A stretch of 54,162 bases of DNA, filler included, from Catajapyx aquilonaris (Eukaryota), in the NCBI GenBank assembly GCA_000934665.2. It is 2 parts of 2 records of this genome, joined end to end, with 100 filler letters (N's around TTAATTAATTAA, not from the genome) between each part and the next. Parts side by side here need not be neighbours in the genome. Positions count along the whole stretch, not along the records: positions 27,163 to 54,162 come from JYFJ02005126.1; 1 more part is not named here. The stretch is one strand, 5' to 3'. Below, piece after piece: positions 34,072 to 48,492 of the stretch. Numbering within the stretch: the first letter of the stretch is position 1; every line of letters begins with the position of its first letter. Position numbers and translations under genes: made by a program. The notes under the pieces were generated by a model, which was not told the origin of the DNA, ran no database searches, and saw only the letters and a program-made list of their open reading frames with translations.

Positions 34072-35041
34072 CCGTAAAGTGGGGCTACTTTGTACCAATT
34101 TTTGGTTATTGGTTAATATGTCCCTTACTATTGCAGTTTAGAACTTTAAAAAATTATGCACCATTCTTGCACATCTTAGCATCACTTTTGCACTATTGTT
34201 CGTGCAGTGTAGATTACTGTACAGAAAATGGCAAAGTTTGACTAATGTAGCCTCATGGGGTGGGGCTAATTTAGTCCAGTATGATGAACCCGTTGGAAAA
34301 ATGTCCGAGGTTGAATTAAACCCCATTATTGGTCCAGATAATACAGAGGCCAAAACATGTGTACATCTTGGAGTTGTGAGGTCCCTCGGATATAATTCAA
34401 AACAGCAGTAGGCTATATTTGTCTGAATATGCTGTATTTTTAAATGATATTTCGTCTGAATAATCAAATATATTAGTACAACTGCTACTGGTACGGTACT
34501 ACATTGGTAATGGCATGGATACACTTTTTGAACTCACTGACTGTACCCAGGGAGTCCAGTTTATCATGCCCATAATGTACAAGGAGTCTTGGGGCTTCTT
34601 TGATCCAAGAATATTATGGACCAAAGTAACCCCATCACTTACAACTTTTTTGATTTCTTTCCCCACACACAATTCCTGATAATAATAATTTCTTGACTTA
34701 CATATGCCTGGAACGGCAACTAAATGTACTACAAATCGTTTCATGCTAAATGCAAGTGATACCTACACGTGCGGCTGCACCTGTCTTAGCAGTACGGACT
34801 TCTTGAAAACACGTGCCAAAGCGTGCGAAAATGACTTGTGGAAAGTAACCCTCTGCTAGCGGGTTTACAAACTTCGATGTATGACACATTTACCACAAAT
34901 GTCATCACTCCTTACTGATTCTGACTGTTCTTATTATATGTAGTTAGTGTCATTACCTGCCATCTTATGCATTTTTGAAGTACTTGGTACGTGCTTGGAC
35001 CAAAGCAGCCCCACTAGGATCAAAGTAGCCCCATCTTACGG
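34072..35041. mobile_element. Internally deleted pogo-like DNA element
   Basis: CCGTAAAGTGGGGCTACTTTG...CAAAGTAGCCCCATCTTACGG|TA; duplicated subterminal CAAAGCAGCCCCA. Confidence 0.78.
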
Positions 35042-38000
35042 TAATTAATTAACCATACTCAAGGCATAACAACTCCGCATCTTTCCGAGCCTCTTGTCGC
35101 CTTCAGTTAATGCAGTGTGTTGTACGGAGTGGATGGGATTCGCATAACGTAGTGGGTGCGAACTGTCTTTTAATTTTATTTGTTGCATGCATAATATGCA
35201 GTAGGCCTATTCATCGTAAATCTCCATGTAAATCTCAGTTTGAAACATTATTGTAAATAATTTTTTTGAAGAATTATTTTACGAGTTTGGCAATTTTCGG
35301 ACCTATTTACGTAGTCTAGCTGCTATAGTGTTTAAGGTTTAACATCCATTCCCATTATGCGACTATTATTTTATTGGTATTTATGTGATGAATTAATCTG
35401 AAAATTTAGTTACGGTTAATGCAGTATCCAACAAATGCACAATCATAATAATCGGCCGAAATGCATTGGTCGTCGTTTAACACTAAAGTTCAGATATGGG
35501 CCACTATGAAAATTCATGGCCATTTCAGCCATTAAATTCGATTTGTAAAACACACATACCACTTAATTGGATCACAGCCTCTGTTCATTACGGCTGCGCA
35601 TTAGTTTCCGTAAATCACAGGATTGGCAAAAGTTTGGGCTGCGCAGAACATGCCCATAGGGGTTTCTCTCAGAGTAAGCTATAATAAAATGTGTGAATAG
35701 GTTCCATGCAATATCTTGTTTCCCTATGCAGGACCTCTGCGAAACGATGCTAGAGTAATGAATGACAAGAGATGCTAATGGACACAACCACCACTTCGGT
35801 AGGGTTGTGTCGAATAGGCTACACCTCGAGCCATTCGGTCCTGAAAGAACGTAAAGGGCTGCGTGTTGTGAGTGTTGAGTCGGTTTCGATTTTGGCCCGA
35901 AAGCTGGCGAAGAGTTATTGAAATGCAAGTGTGGTGGTGAAAGGAGCTAGTCATCTGAACCTGACAAAATGGCTGGCTGTGATTTGGCGGCTGCTGTTTC
36001 TGCGGATGTAAAGGAGGAGAAAGAATGGGGCTGGGGCGGGGGGTAAAAGGTTTCTGGAGACGACGCTTGGGGCTGCCCTACTTGAAGGTGTGTTTCATGT
36101 CAAAAGGAGAAAGGGATCGGCCGCCTGAGCCTGACTTGAGTTAGGCCCGGTCCCAAGAAACCGCTGTAGGGCAGCAGCAGCAGCCTCTCTCTGGCTAAGA
36201 CTCATTAATCCGGGTTCAGGATCTGCCCTGGACAGCTTGCATTCCTTCTCCTCCATGTTTCTCCGGGCCCTCTTTTGCCTCCTTTACATACCTAATTTGC
36301 CCGGATACAAGTTGAGTTCCTGAGCTTAACATCAGCTCTTGATTGCGCTGATAGCCTTAAATTAAGCTGCCAAAATTTGGAGTGCTTCTCTACATGAAGT
36401 GGTTACTAATAATTTGAAACATGAACCTTATGAAGGATGTAACGGAGCAATTTGCGCTGTCACTTTCATGAGAAGACCTCAGGAGCCACCGTGCTAGGAT
36501 TCTACATAAGTCTCAATAGGTATAAGCAGGTATAAGCTATCTTAGCTCCAACAAGTATTGTGTTGAAAATAATGCAAGTCACGTTCAATAGCGAGGATTT
36601 TGTTCAGTCACTACACTCGAAGCCACGTCTCAGCTAAACATTAAAAAGCTTATTTTACCAACTTCTTAGACGGGGCATGGTAAGTGTCCCATCTAAATAG
36701 ACGAGACAAGAGGTTTTTGTAATTCAGCCAGGACATAGTTAAGACTTTAGAGTGTAAGATCTCCACTATCATTTCCGATTCTCCTGGAGATAACACTGGC
36801 TTACACTTTGTAGGAATGAAATACCTTGTAGTCGTGGCTATCCATAAAGGATTTATAAGGAAGTGTGGATAGTTATTTTACCTTAATTTATGAACAGCGC
36901 AGAAAAATACACACGCAATTTATTTTTCACCTTTCTCATAACATCGAAGTCCACGAACTAGGAAGGAAAACTATGACTGCCTGAAAGAAAAATCCGGGCT
37001 TGGGAAAGAACCCTGGTCCAAATTCTGATTTTTGCGCTTGGAGTTAGGGACATTTGGTGTGTTCTGACCTCGGGAGGAGGTGGGGAGTACCATAAGCTAC
37101 CAATAGATGCCATCAGCTCATTTTTCATGAAAATGGACTTAGGGGACTTTGGAATCCCACTCTTCATTTCATCCATAGGGTCTGGGGGTTGACCTCTGCG
37201 TCACGCTGCCTACTATTTAGATTAGATCTGTTAGTGTTATGACACGTACGGATTTAAGAAGGCACGAAGGTCATTTTGCAGCACATTAAAAAAATCCAGG
37301 GACGAAAAAAAGGGAAGAAGTGTGCTACCAGGGATGCCCTACCAGAGGGGCTCGCTGCAGGCATGGTTGTGAGAAATATAGCTGGGTTGGGATACAACCT
37401 GTTTCTGGCACCCTGTGAATAATGCTCTATGGCATTGCACTATATATCTTATTGCCGACATGTTATGTCAAACTACTACTGTAGTGCATTATAGGAGCCA
37501 ATCTATAGCACTTCTACTGATATCGATCCGTCGAGTATGCATTGTTGGACATTCAGGCCATAATTCGGAGGTCCCGAGCTCGATCTCCGGTGTTGACCGT
37601 TCTGACTGCGAGTTTCTATAGTTTACCCGCTGTCACTTGCAAGATAATTCCGGGACGGATTACCGTTTCGGAATAAATTCACCCACTTCCTTACTCCCTT
37701 AGTATTTGCCCCAATACGGTGTGGTAAATAAGTGTGTTGCCATTGTTGGCCAGAAAATAGTAGGTTCGGCTGTGAAATGAAGATCTCTGGTTGCCGTAAA
37801 CTTGATATCATTCAATTAACCAACCAAAAAGTTCATCACAAATTTTTGCGTAAACACAGAAGATGCTGTACAACTCGTGTTAAGCGTGATTGTAGTCTCT
37901 CTGTTAGAGACGTATTCCCACAGCCTGTCCTGAAAGGTAAAGTTCTCCTCTAAGCTCTGTAAGCCAGTGTTAGCAGTAAGCTTTACAGCTTAAGAGTTGT

Positions 38001-39840
38001 AACATTTCTTAGGCATCGTATATTTTGTTTGCTAAAAAAATTTGCCGATGACTCATGTCCAGCACCATTGAGTCAAGGCCAAGCACATAAGTGCAGAGGT
38101 GGCTGCCACATGATTAGCTTCCGTTTGATACAATTTTCCCATACTTTTGCATCTTTACGGGCGCGGGCGGAGGGATAATATTAAGAAGGAGGGGAAGTTG
38201 CGGTCAAAACATCACAATGCAATGAAGGGGATGAGACGTCACAAGGGAGGGGAAGCAGCATCTTTTGTTTGTACGTCTTTTTGAAGTGTAACATAAATAT
38301 TGTGCTTGTTTTTTCTTGTTCAAGGATAATAAAAATATTACATTCCGGTGAAGTTTCGGGAAAAAACGACGGAGTCTTGCAGGATAAACTGAGTGTTTTA
38401 CATTGATTATGATAAACTTAAGAGGGTGAATCAACTCTTTGGCACTAGAGGCTATGTTATGGACACGCGTCATGTGATCTCCGCAACTCCATTATGCAAG
38501 ATAATGGGTTTCAAACACAACGTGTAATGCATTATGTCCAGGCGGGTTTGAGTATTACCGCGCAACTTCGATTTACGTGTGGCAGGCAGTGACGGAGGCA
38601 ATGGAAGTGTCGTTTGCCATTCGGCGACATAGAAAATGGTTTAATGCACCGCCGAGAGAAACAGACATCTCCCCATAAAATAATTATCTTGTTCTCACAA
38701 AACACCATATAGAGTAGGCCTACAGTACATTCTGAATTTTTGCAGCATTTCAAAAAGAGATTAAGATCTGCTTAAAACAGACCCTGTATGAAACTTGTTC
38801 ATTACGGAACATTTGTTTGGTCACGGCGTAGAAAATTTTCGATTTATTTCTGCCACATATAACAAGCCTGTTCGGTAAGGAAATTTTACGGAACTCAGGC
38901 AGGTATTGCAGTGTTACACTGTAGTGTATTGAACATGATCCGTAAATCTTTCCATCCACTTTCCCAGTTCTCCAGTCTACCACTCCCTGCCCGTGTGACC
39001 CGCTCCGTTTCGGTATTTTTATCCTTATAGATCAACTACACAACATAGAAAAAGGATATATTGCAGGATCTGTTTTGCCTTGAACTGCCACAATTTTAGT
39101 GGAAGTTTGCATTGGTACACAGAGAGAACGTAAAACGAGCCACAGATTACTTGGATAGCCTACTCCTGTTGCTCAACTTGTGAGGCATGCGGCACGCATT
39201 TATTTAGTTATTCGCATGCGTCATGCATGTGCAATATCTGTGTGGGGGAGGAGGCACGTGTGTCCAAGCTTATCCACTTGTCAGTCAATTTCGGAACTTG
39301 GATATGACTTGCATCGAGCAGAAGGGAACACATGTGTGCTTGTCATGCACTGTATTTTCGCATGACTTCATAAATACCATACAGAGGAGATTAAATTCGT
39401 GACAGCCCATTGTAGCAGTGACTTGAACAGAAATTGCAATATTACACGTCGACTGGGCCCCCCTTTTTCGACAACCTAGCTTCTCCTATTTTGGCCAAAA
39501 CCTAGCATTTTGTCGTACTCACATGCAAGTGCCCCGTTTTTTTGCACATTTGAAAGACTTTTAAATTGTAGACAGGCTTTTTTTGAAGAATTCGAAAAAC
39601 CTCAAAATATTTATGCGGAAACTTCTTATATCAGCTAAATACACCTTGTCGGATTCGTTTGCATAAGTTATAAAAGAGTGTAAGGACCTTTGCTTGGCTG
39701 TTTATGCACAGCCTGGACATTTTTCTTAGCTGTAAATACTTGCCAATTAATCTCTTCTCTATTCGTATAATAGCCTATCATTGTCTTTCTCCTTTTCTTA
39801 TCTGAATACGTTACAAAAATCAGTTCCTCCTTCCTCTAAA

Positions 39841-40133
39841 GAGTAGGCCTTACTGGCGTGCGGGAGGCGGCAGTGTGAGTGGTAGCTGAGGGGCTGCTTG
39901 GCTGTGTCGCAAAGGCAAGGATTGATTTTTTTGGATTCTGGAAGGGGTATGCTGTACCAACCTAACCTAACCAAGCCTGACCTTCGTTCCTTGCGGATAC
40001 AGACCTATCTTCATCCATACAGACCTATCTTCAGAGGATGCACGCCTATCCTTTATCCTTACCTTTGCGACACAGCCCGCTGCCCCCACCGACTACTACC
40101 CTACCGCCTCCCGCACGCCAGTAAGGCCAACTC
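39841..40133. mobile_element. MITE with ~80-bp imperfect TIRs
   Basis: GAGTAGGCCTTACTGGCGTGCGGGAGGCGG...CCGCCTCCCGCACGCCAGTAAGGCCAACTC; internal AACCTAACCTAACC and duplicated ATACAGACCTATCTTCA. Confidence 0.8.
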
Positions 40134-40906
40134 TATCCGAAAAAGGAACTAGATTTAGTATTTGTGCGCTAATATTTTCAGTTTCGACGATGCAGAAGGA
40201 ATAGGAGCTAGTGTGGCTTTCATCATCTGAGTCTTCGTAGTTGGACGGTGTTATGCAACAAGGAACGAACCAACCAACAGAAGTATGATTGTCCAGAAAG
40301 TACAGTTAAGTTTAACCTGTCTTTTAAAAAGGGGGATTACATTATTGCTGATTAATACTTGTACACATGCAGATATTATTTTACATTGCACATGTTATAC
40401 ACCGCGTATAAAATGAAGATGATATTGATGTAGCATAACTTTTCTTGTCAGGTAATAACCATAATGTCGGTAAGTCAGTAACGTAGGCAGGGATCGTGAC
40501 TATGAGGATGGCAATGGGAATAAATGGGATTGTAAGAGAGGGGGGGGGGGGTCTTCTTGTAAAAGTTGCTCCGTGGTCCCAACACCCCTTAGTCCGGGCT
40601 TGAGTGCAACTTGGTCGTGATTCGTTATTCCATCCTTGGCAGTGAACTGGCAATTTTTGCAGGGACTATCTCCCGAGCATCAGTGCTCGTAACTTGTTGA
40701 TGTGGATAGGGACAAACTTCTTCAATAGTTCCTTCAAGGAACAAGATGTGACGATCTTCTCGGTTTCCCTGTCTTGTCTTGACTTCGTCAGTCTTGTTCC
40801 CTTGACTGAGCCTCTTGCTGGCTCAGGAGAATCCCTGAATTAGTGTATCGGTATATTCCCCCTTCTGCATTTTTCAAAAACCACTTGGCTGGTGTACTGT
40901 ACATGA

Positions 40907-41298
40907 CATGTACGTAAGTCCCGCTCATAAAGAATGGTACGACTCTATGGACGACGTGTTTCTTCTGACTATCCAGCATTATTCCCAACTTGATTTCGTC
41001 GCGACACTATGGACAACTTGTCCTAGATCTCTGGCTACCCATCTCCCGACTTTTTCCGAATATTTTAAATTACCAAAGTGTTCAACCTGGTACAATGCTT
41101 ACATAGATTTGAGATGAATTTACCCCCTTAAATTTTCTTACTTTGCCTGGTTTTTTCTTCTCTTTTTTCTTGATTTTAATTGTCTTTTCCCAGCCTTCCT
41201 CATGACCCCTAAAACATGCTGGTGACCCAGGGGTTGGGAACAGAATAAAAATTTTGTCCATAGAGTCGTACCATTCTTTATCAGCGGTACTGTACATG
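40907..41298. repeat. Inverted repeat pair (decayed MITE)
   Basis: TAAAGAATGGTACGACTCTATGGAC (40928-40952) perfectly inverted at 41256-41280. Confidence 0.65.
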
Positions 41299-41913
41299 GC
41301 CCCGTCATAAAGGAGCAAAGTAAGCAAAATACGGGAGCGGGCGGTTCATCGCAGTGATGTTTATGTTCTCCCTGAGTTGTAACCTAGTTGTAACCTTCAT
41401 GGAAAAGAGTGCGCCTATGTGATGATACGTATTGTGCATAAAAGCACTAAACTTCTGCACCGCTACTCTGCTCAAGATTACATGATGTGGGTGTTAATTA
41501 TCATCTATATGTAATGACATCTCACCTTTCTCCTCTTGTAGGTATTTTCATTAATAAAGGGTGGAGAAACCCTTGGGAAGTTTTGCGAGTTTACAAGGGG
41601 ATAATTTCATGGAACAAGAGGGGGAAAAGTTACTTGTTAGCAGAGCTTCCAAGCAATATGATCTCCTTCCAGGTTTGGTTGAAATTTTCAAGACATTATC
41701 AGCTCAAAACGTTTGTGGATAATTGTACGTAAAAGGAAATTGGCTACAACCGAGACGGTGATATGTCGACAAATTGAGCATGAGTGACCGTTTCAGTAAG
41801 AAGCTACCAATCTGACCAAACACTACACAATAAATTTTCAAAATACACTGGCTGTCCAAAAAGATAGCAATAACTTACTGTAGAAATACTTATTGTGTAC
41901 TTATTACTATGTA

Positions 41914-42067
41914 CTATCGGGTTCAAATACTTTTGGCCACTTTATCCTGGTCTTGAAGCAACCCTTCACACACACACGCACACACACACACCTCCTTAAC
42001 GTGGGGTCTGCGCGAAGGGTTGCTTCAAGACCAGGATAAAGTGGCCAAAAGTATTTGAACCCGATAG
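41914..42067. mobile_element. 154-bp MITE with perfect TIRs and (CA)n spacer
   Basis: 41911-41967 is the exact reverse complement of 42014-42070; TA on both flanks. Confidence 0.92.
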
Positions 42068-45000
42068 TACTCATTTTCTACTTTCCATCAAGTAGAAAGT
42101 ATTATTACTTGTAACAATTTAAATGCTCTTTTAGGCTACTCCCGAAGCGCCCTCCGATTTTGTGGCGAAAACTGGCGACTCAGTAAGTTTATGTCAAAAC
42201 AAGAGCATATTTTCCTAGTAAACGTCACTCTTTGTCCCCCCGGGTGGTTATCCTGTGGTAATTTCTACCTCCGGAGACTACCAAACTCTGCACGAGGTGA
42301 AAGGGAGGATATTCCATGCCGTGGGAGTGAACCTCAGCGCCACTTCACTCCCGCATCCAGTCAAACCCTCATTACTTAATCCCCCCATGCTACAATATTG
42401 CTTCCCCTTCCCTTAGCTGTGACGACTTACCTCGATCTCTCCCTTGTGAGTTCCTGCTTCCCAAACCTTTGGTCCGCATCCCTCCTATGTGACATGTCCC
42501 TATTCCCTCTTATGCATAATCCTTACAAACCTGTCCACCGTCCTTCTCCCAGACTGCCATAATGAAAAATACTGGAAAGCTCCGCTCCTATCATCCCGCC
42601 TCACCCATTTTAAAATAGAATATCTGAGATATCTGAGAAATGCGGCAACTTTCCAGATTCCAACCCGTAAAAACCACAAGCATGCCCTTTCATCGTCTAA
42701 GTGAGAATTTGAAGATATTTGTCCATGTTAAAGATAAAATTATGGTCGGTGCTCTTCCACTTTCTGTCCAAGAAGTTCCTAGTGACAAAGGAGTTACAGT
42801 TACTTTGAAGGCAACATATCCAAAATTTCCTGTAATCTGCAGGTAACATGAATGGTACAGGGCCCAAAAAAGTCCAGGCCCCTATTAAGCCATTTATATG
42901 GTTTTTGCCCTCCATCAACTTCGGGCTAGTGAATTTTGATGTCAATATTATATGTTGATGCATACAGTACCTATCTGGTCTCAGATTGTGATAATTATCA
43001 TTCATCATATGCAGGTATTGTAGCAACATTGTGCGAAATGAACTGGTAAATTATGTAAATTCAGGGCAATAAGTATGTTTGTACTGTGTTACAGCCTCAT
43101 ATTTGTAAATCAGTCCAGAAGTGTTTGAAGACAGTAGGCTACTGGGAAAACCTGACAATAATATTCAAAACACAAAAAGAAAACTACTCTTATGATACCT
43201 ACCTGTCTTCAAGCAAGTTCAGGTTAGAATGAAATTTCGTAAATAACAATTTAATGCTTTGCAGTACTCCTGTTTCATCTCGCATCCACAGCTGAAGTTC
43301 AACTCACACGATGACTCCGATTCAAAGCACCAGTTAATCAGTAAGTTTTATAATGAGTTGGGAAGTTGGTAGTGGCAGGATATTACGTCCTATACATCCT
43401 AGGCAAATAGCTTCATGTATTACAGGTTCATCAACTCACCGTCCGGGTAAGAAATTTTTAATTGTCTTTATTTGTGAAGCATTTCTGTGCAATACTGAAT
43501 CGAAATACATTGTCATGTTTCCACGAGCTGCCGTGTAACAAGATTTTAAATTTCTGCCAAAAAGGAATCATTGTACGAAAATGACTATGTCGTCCTCATG
43601 ATCTTATCAGGTGGAAGTCGAATAACCCCACCTTTGTTTTCCAACTCGACCCTGGGTTCAACCCTGAATTGCTCTTAATCCGGTTACTCAACTCCCCGAT
43701 TGCGTAGTTATTATGTATATCGACATAGAAACGAACGACGCAGACTGTGTGATATTTTCTTATTGTACCAAACCTGTCCGTTTCTTCTGCAGTACGTATA
43801 TCCGTCGATATACCCTTACCAAAATTAAATTTCTGCGACCCTACTACATGTATTATAGCTCTGGTCTCCCACCAAATATGGTGATGGTCTTCTTAAATTC
43901 TCTGCATATGAGAATTTAAAAAAAATTAGCTATAGCATAGAACGATTCAAAATTTTGCCTGGCTGTATCTTTTTTTAAATCAATAACAATGCTATAGTGC
44001 CAGAGGTGGAACAGATTTTGCAGTAGTACTAGTTTTGAAAACATCCGCTGTACCCTGACTGAGACACATTTTGGCACACAATCAATATTGCGCCCATAAT
44101 CTGCGGTAACCGGGATTTGAATTGCCAGCAACAACATTCTTATTAAGGTCTCTCGTTGTAATTTTGCTGCAAAAATATTTATGTAAGCAAAGTAACTATT
44201 TGACAGACACTGTTTATTTCCACAGCTGTAAACGCAAGGAAACGCAATATTTTCCTTTGTGCAGTGCACCAGCGGTAGTTTCAGCCATCAGCTAGAGTGG
44301 TTTAGGCTTTTAGGGGAAACGCATCCAGCCGGTACGTGTATGTTATATACGTCTTTCTCCTCCAGCACGGTTTAAGACTCTAATAAACAGCTCTAGGCTG
44401 GGAGGTTACTTAACCTCCTTAGCGAAATTGAGATATCGGGTCGAATCCCCACATATTGAATGCTAGACGCCACCATCATCTCCACCCTTAGGAAAAAAAG
44501 CTGGGGGAGGGAAGTTAGCTTTGTCGCGGTGAGGAGAAATTGCAAGGCAAAGGCAATGGGTTTTGCGTCTTCCGTTCTAGGCAAGAAAATATTGACGCAG
44601 GGAAAGTTTGCGAGCAGGCCCAAAGCGGAACCAAAATCCTGGCAGCAAAAACCCTTTGGCGGGCGGGCATTAAGCGGGGGAGAGAGCCAGGAGACACCTA
44701 ATTGGCCGCATTCCGGAATTATTCCCAGGCACAGCCCATTCCCGCCAAGGGGACCTGCTAATGGGACCTTGCTCCGGATTATTTTCCTAATGCTAACGGC
44801 CCGGGGGGACAGAACAGGCCTGCCTGCATGTATGCCTCGGCCTATCCCGATTATAGGCCTACCACTATAGACTGGGAATCCAAATCCTTTTCCGATTCGT
44901 TTCGTTTGGGGTCACTCGGTCCCCGATACTCTAATGCCAATCATTCCGGGATATCACTCTTCCGGGACGCCTACCGGTTATTGTGATACAGTACGTTCAA

Positions 45001-45915
45001 GAAAGGGTATTATAATAGATTTTAAATGTTGGTCGAAAAGAAAACTTTGGCCTGATACTCTCTCATTTGGGTATTTCGATTGATGTCATGCACAAGCTAA
45101 TTGTGCCGTGGATTTCGCATTATTTTGCACTTCTTAGGCTCGTTCCAGGAATTTATCTCTCCAAACCCTCGGGAGGAGTGGTCTTACAAGAGCCTACTTA
45201 AGCTGCTTTGAAGACTCAATTAAAATTGCTAACTTGGACAAAAGCCCTTTTTAAAAACTGGAGCCAACATCCGAAGACTCAGTGGGAGAAATGCTGTGAA
45301 CATGCTTTTGTTTTGTCAGTTTCAAATTTGTGGAAAATTTTCACTCATCCGTAACATTGATAGTATACAGTACATAATATGAGTAACATAATATCAGCAA
45401 TATAGTTTGTTGCAGGCTACCATTACAGCATATTTACAGGTCAAAAATCAACTTTAGCACAGTAATAATCAACCCACCACAGCTGCTTAAACTTAGAGCT
45501 AAACTGTCAAGAAATGAAGTATTGACATGCAGAACGATCACATTTGACAGATTTCAAGATGTGAGTGTGTGAGACTTGAGCATTGGATGTGGCTATTCTG
45601 CGTCCAAGAAATCTCCTCCAGAGGACCCTTTAATAACTGCCATAAATGAAACTTGATCTGGACCTCAGAAGATACTGTTTGAAGTCTGCATTACACAATC
45701 ACTAACACAATTTGAACCAAAACGTGGCTCTGATCGTTCTGCATTTCAAGTCTTCATTACGCATCTGGAGTAACAATTTGCATTCAAATCGATCGTGTCT
45801 TTTTTTATCACAACTCTACAATACCTCAATGAAGACCTGATTCACTCAGTGTAATCATGTTATCCTGAAAGTCAGGCTTTTCGCTAGGCAGGAGAGTCTC
45901 ATGGGTAGCTCTTTA

Positions 45916-46278
45916 CAGTTAGGATAAACGCCGGATTATACTGGGCACCGTCCATCGCCAAAGGTCCCGTTTATCGTATCGTATCGTTTTCCGCGGTTTG
46001 AAAATTTTATGAAATAATATCAACAAAAAATGACATTACACAAATCCGACACATTTTATAACAGTAGGCTACAGTGTTGCATTGTTATAATTTTATTATT
46101 ATATTTTTATCGTTAACTGTTTTTTGGTGATGTCTAAATATGCTAAATATGGTTTCGTAAATGAAACTTATCGTAGAAATGTACTGTACGTACTTTTTAA
46201 AACATGTATTATATTATGTAGGGTTCGGTTTATCCGCGAGGGGATTAGAACCAATTACCTATAACTTACGACCGACTG
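45916..46278. mobile_element. Decayed pogo-type MITE
   Basis: TA|CAGT...GACTG|TA with TTATCCGCG-type subterminal motifs; poor TIR match. Confidence 0.45.
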
Positions 46279-46350
46279 TAGCTATAAACAAAACTGTAGT
46301 GTACGCTGTCTATTCCAACATTGCATAGGATGTCTGGAAGGAAATTCCGC

Positions 46351-46614
46351 GGTAACGGCACGGTGGTGTAGTGGTTAGGGTCACAGCCTTTCACCTCTGA
46401 GAGCCCGTGTTCGATCCTAGGGTCAGACAGATGATACTTATATGTGGAAAGAGTTTGGTTGGGTTCTCTCCGTGTTCATGTGGGTTTTCTCGGAGTTCTC
46501 CCGTTTCCTCCCACAATCAAAACCCATCGGAGTACAGTCAAATGATTAAAATCGGGTAGGCCTATTTAAAAGGTGGTCCCCTAAAAGTCCCAAGGAGGCC
46601 TATCACGGCGTATC

Positions 46615-46679
<65 letters not shown>

Positions 46680-46690
46680 TTATTATTATT

Positions 46691-46754
<64 letters not shown>

Positions 46755-46808
46755 GCATCATTCTTCTTCTTCTTCTTCTTCTTCTTCTTCTTCTTCTTGA
46801 TATGTGAT
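46351..46808 (+). mobile_element. V-domain-like SINE, copy 3 with compound microsatellite tail
   Basis: Homologous core; tail (ATT)n(ATC)n(TTC)n; TSD AAATTCCGC at 46342-46350 and 46809-46817. Confidence 0.88.
46614..46798. repeat. Compound microsatellite (ATT)n(ATC)n(TTC)n
   Basis: Read directly from sequence. Confidence 0.98.
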
Positions 46809-48229
46809 AAATTCCGCTATAACCTACATCAGAGAGGAATAAACTTGGCACTTCCCTTTGTGTGATTTGCTCTCGAGGAAGGCCGCCCAGACAAGCCTGT
46901 AGCAGTAAGGCAGTTAGTTCTTCACGCCGCGCCGGCCCACATATGTCGTAGCTTTGCATTGAAGTAGAAGAGTGTATACTGCCGTGGTTAGATTAACTGG
47001 GTGTATTATAATGAGGTGTTTAAATAAAATTTTTTTTGGGGGGGAGCAATTTTCAGCCACATTTCGGCCTCCGAAGAAAGACAACTTTTCTCGGAAGGGA
47101 CAGATCATCTTGGTGGAAAATAGTTTGATTAGAAAGGCGATGACGTTAGATTGATGTGTTGGTTGGCTGGCTGATTAGGTGTATTATTTCTTCATTATCA
47201 GGAATGAGAAAGTGGCGGCACTACTCACCCCACCCCCTCCCACTAAGGCATTCAGCGTTACGTAGGCGGTTTCTCGACATTTCTCACCCTTTCCTTTTAG
47301 TCAGGTTTTGGGCCAATCTAGCCACTGGCGTTTAGATGACCTGCAATAATTATTCTGACAAACCTTCTACCTAGATACAGTATGCGGTACTGCATTCACA
47401 GAAAACCGACTGCAAGCCTCACAACAATTATTTTTCCCTTTTGTGTGTCAAACAGTGCCCTTCTAACTGGTCCATTTGTTAAGACGTGTTTAATTGTGAG
47501 GTGATGTAATCGTAATAGGTCATTTTATACAGCTGCGCTCTCCTCAGTAATTGCCTATAGATTAGAAGCGTTTTCATAAAATCTAATTAAGATGCTACGG
47601 TACATCCAATAAAGCACACATTTGCCCGAATGATTCACCATTATGGCAGCACATTCAAGGAGCCTAATGAATATATTTATGCTAATATGAATATAGTGTA
47701 GGCCACCGTATAATGTCATTAGAATGGCATGTTTCTACTGGTGCATATCGTGTGACAGAACTTTCTCCGCCATTAATCTTCTGAAGCAAACAAACCTGCA
47801 AATATCAGTGTTTCAGCAGTTCATCGCCAAATAACATTATGGTATCTCTTACTGGATGTGCAAGAGTCCATAAGTAGAGTGTTAAGTGCCATGCTGTTCA
47901 GGGTGCGCTATAAACATGTTTACGTGATTGGAATAATGGTGAATTTTTAAAGATTCATATTTTCGTGGTCGAAATGCATGTCAGTGTCACAGAAGCCTTT
48001 GTGAAGCTTGTGGGTACGCAACACTCTGTATCGTTCTACCGTCATCCGGTGGGCTGAACATTCCAAAGCCAGCATCAACTGAGACCAAACCACCTGCAAC
48101 CGATCCGTACACTGCGCGACAGCACGATACGAGGTAGGTACGTTCGCACATGTTTTACTCAGGCCTTTGTGGTACTGACATGTGTTTTTACTATTGGAAA
48201 CCCGAATCCTCATGATACACCGCTGTTAC

Positions 48230-48492
48230 TATAATAATGGATACCCCGTGATAGGACCCTTGGGTCTCTTAGGGGATCATCTTTTGAATAACCGATTTCA
48301 ATCATTTGCCTGTAATGTGATGGATTTTGATAGTGGGAGGAAACGAGAGAACCCCGAGAAAACCCACGCAAACACGGAGAGAACCCATCGAAACTCTATC
48401 CACATAAGAATCCTCCGTCCGACCCGGGGATCGAACTCGGGACCATAGAGATGGAAGGCTGCGGCGCTAACCACTCCGCCACCGTGTCGCCC
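48230..48492 (-). mobile_element. V-domain-like SINE, copy 4
   Basis: Reverse-complement copy; exact 15-bp TSD ATACACCGCTGTTAC at 48215-48229 and 48493-48507. Confidence 0.94.

Noticed and set aside
42100..42650. Strong minus-strand donor GAG|GTAAGT at ~42430 with a short upstream ORF
   Set aside because: Context looks like a decayed LINE 3' fragment; neither reading can be supported.
42640..43029. Overlapping ORFs with splice-like signals
   Set aside because: No homology recognised and no consistent neighbouring exons.
44393..44870. 136-aa GC-rich ORF
   Set aside because: No recognisable domain; probably a TE relic or chance ORF.
46603..46959. Poly-Arg/Met/Ile ORF (and the poly-His/Met ORFs at 52422-52757, poly-Cys/Leu near 23000)
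   Set aside because: Translation artefacts of microsatellites.
47229..47280. ATG...G|GTGAGT phase-1 candidate first exon (MSRNRLRNAECLSGRGW)
   Set aside because: No similarity to known PIP5K N-termini; the sequence resembles a MITE subterminal motif.
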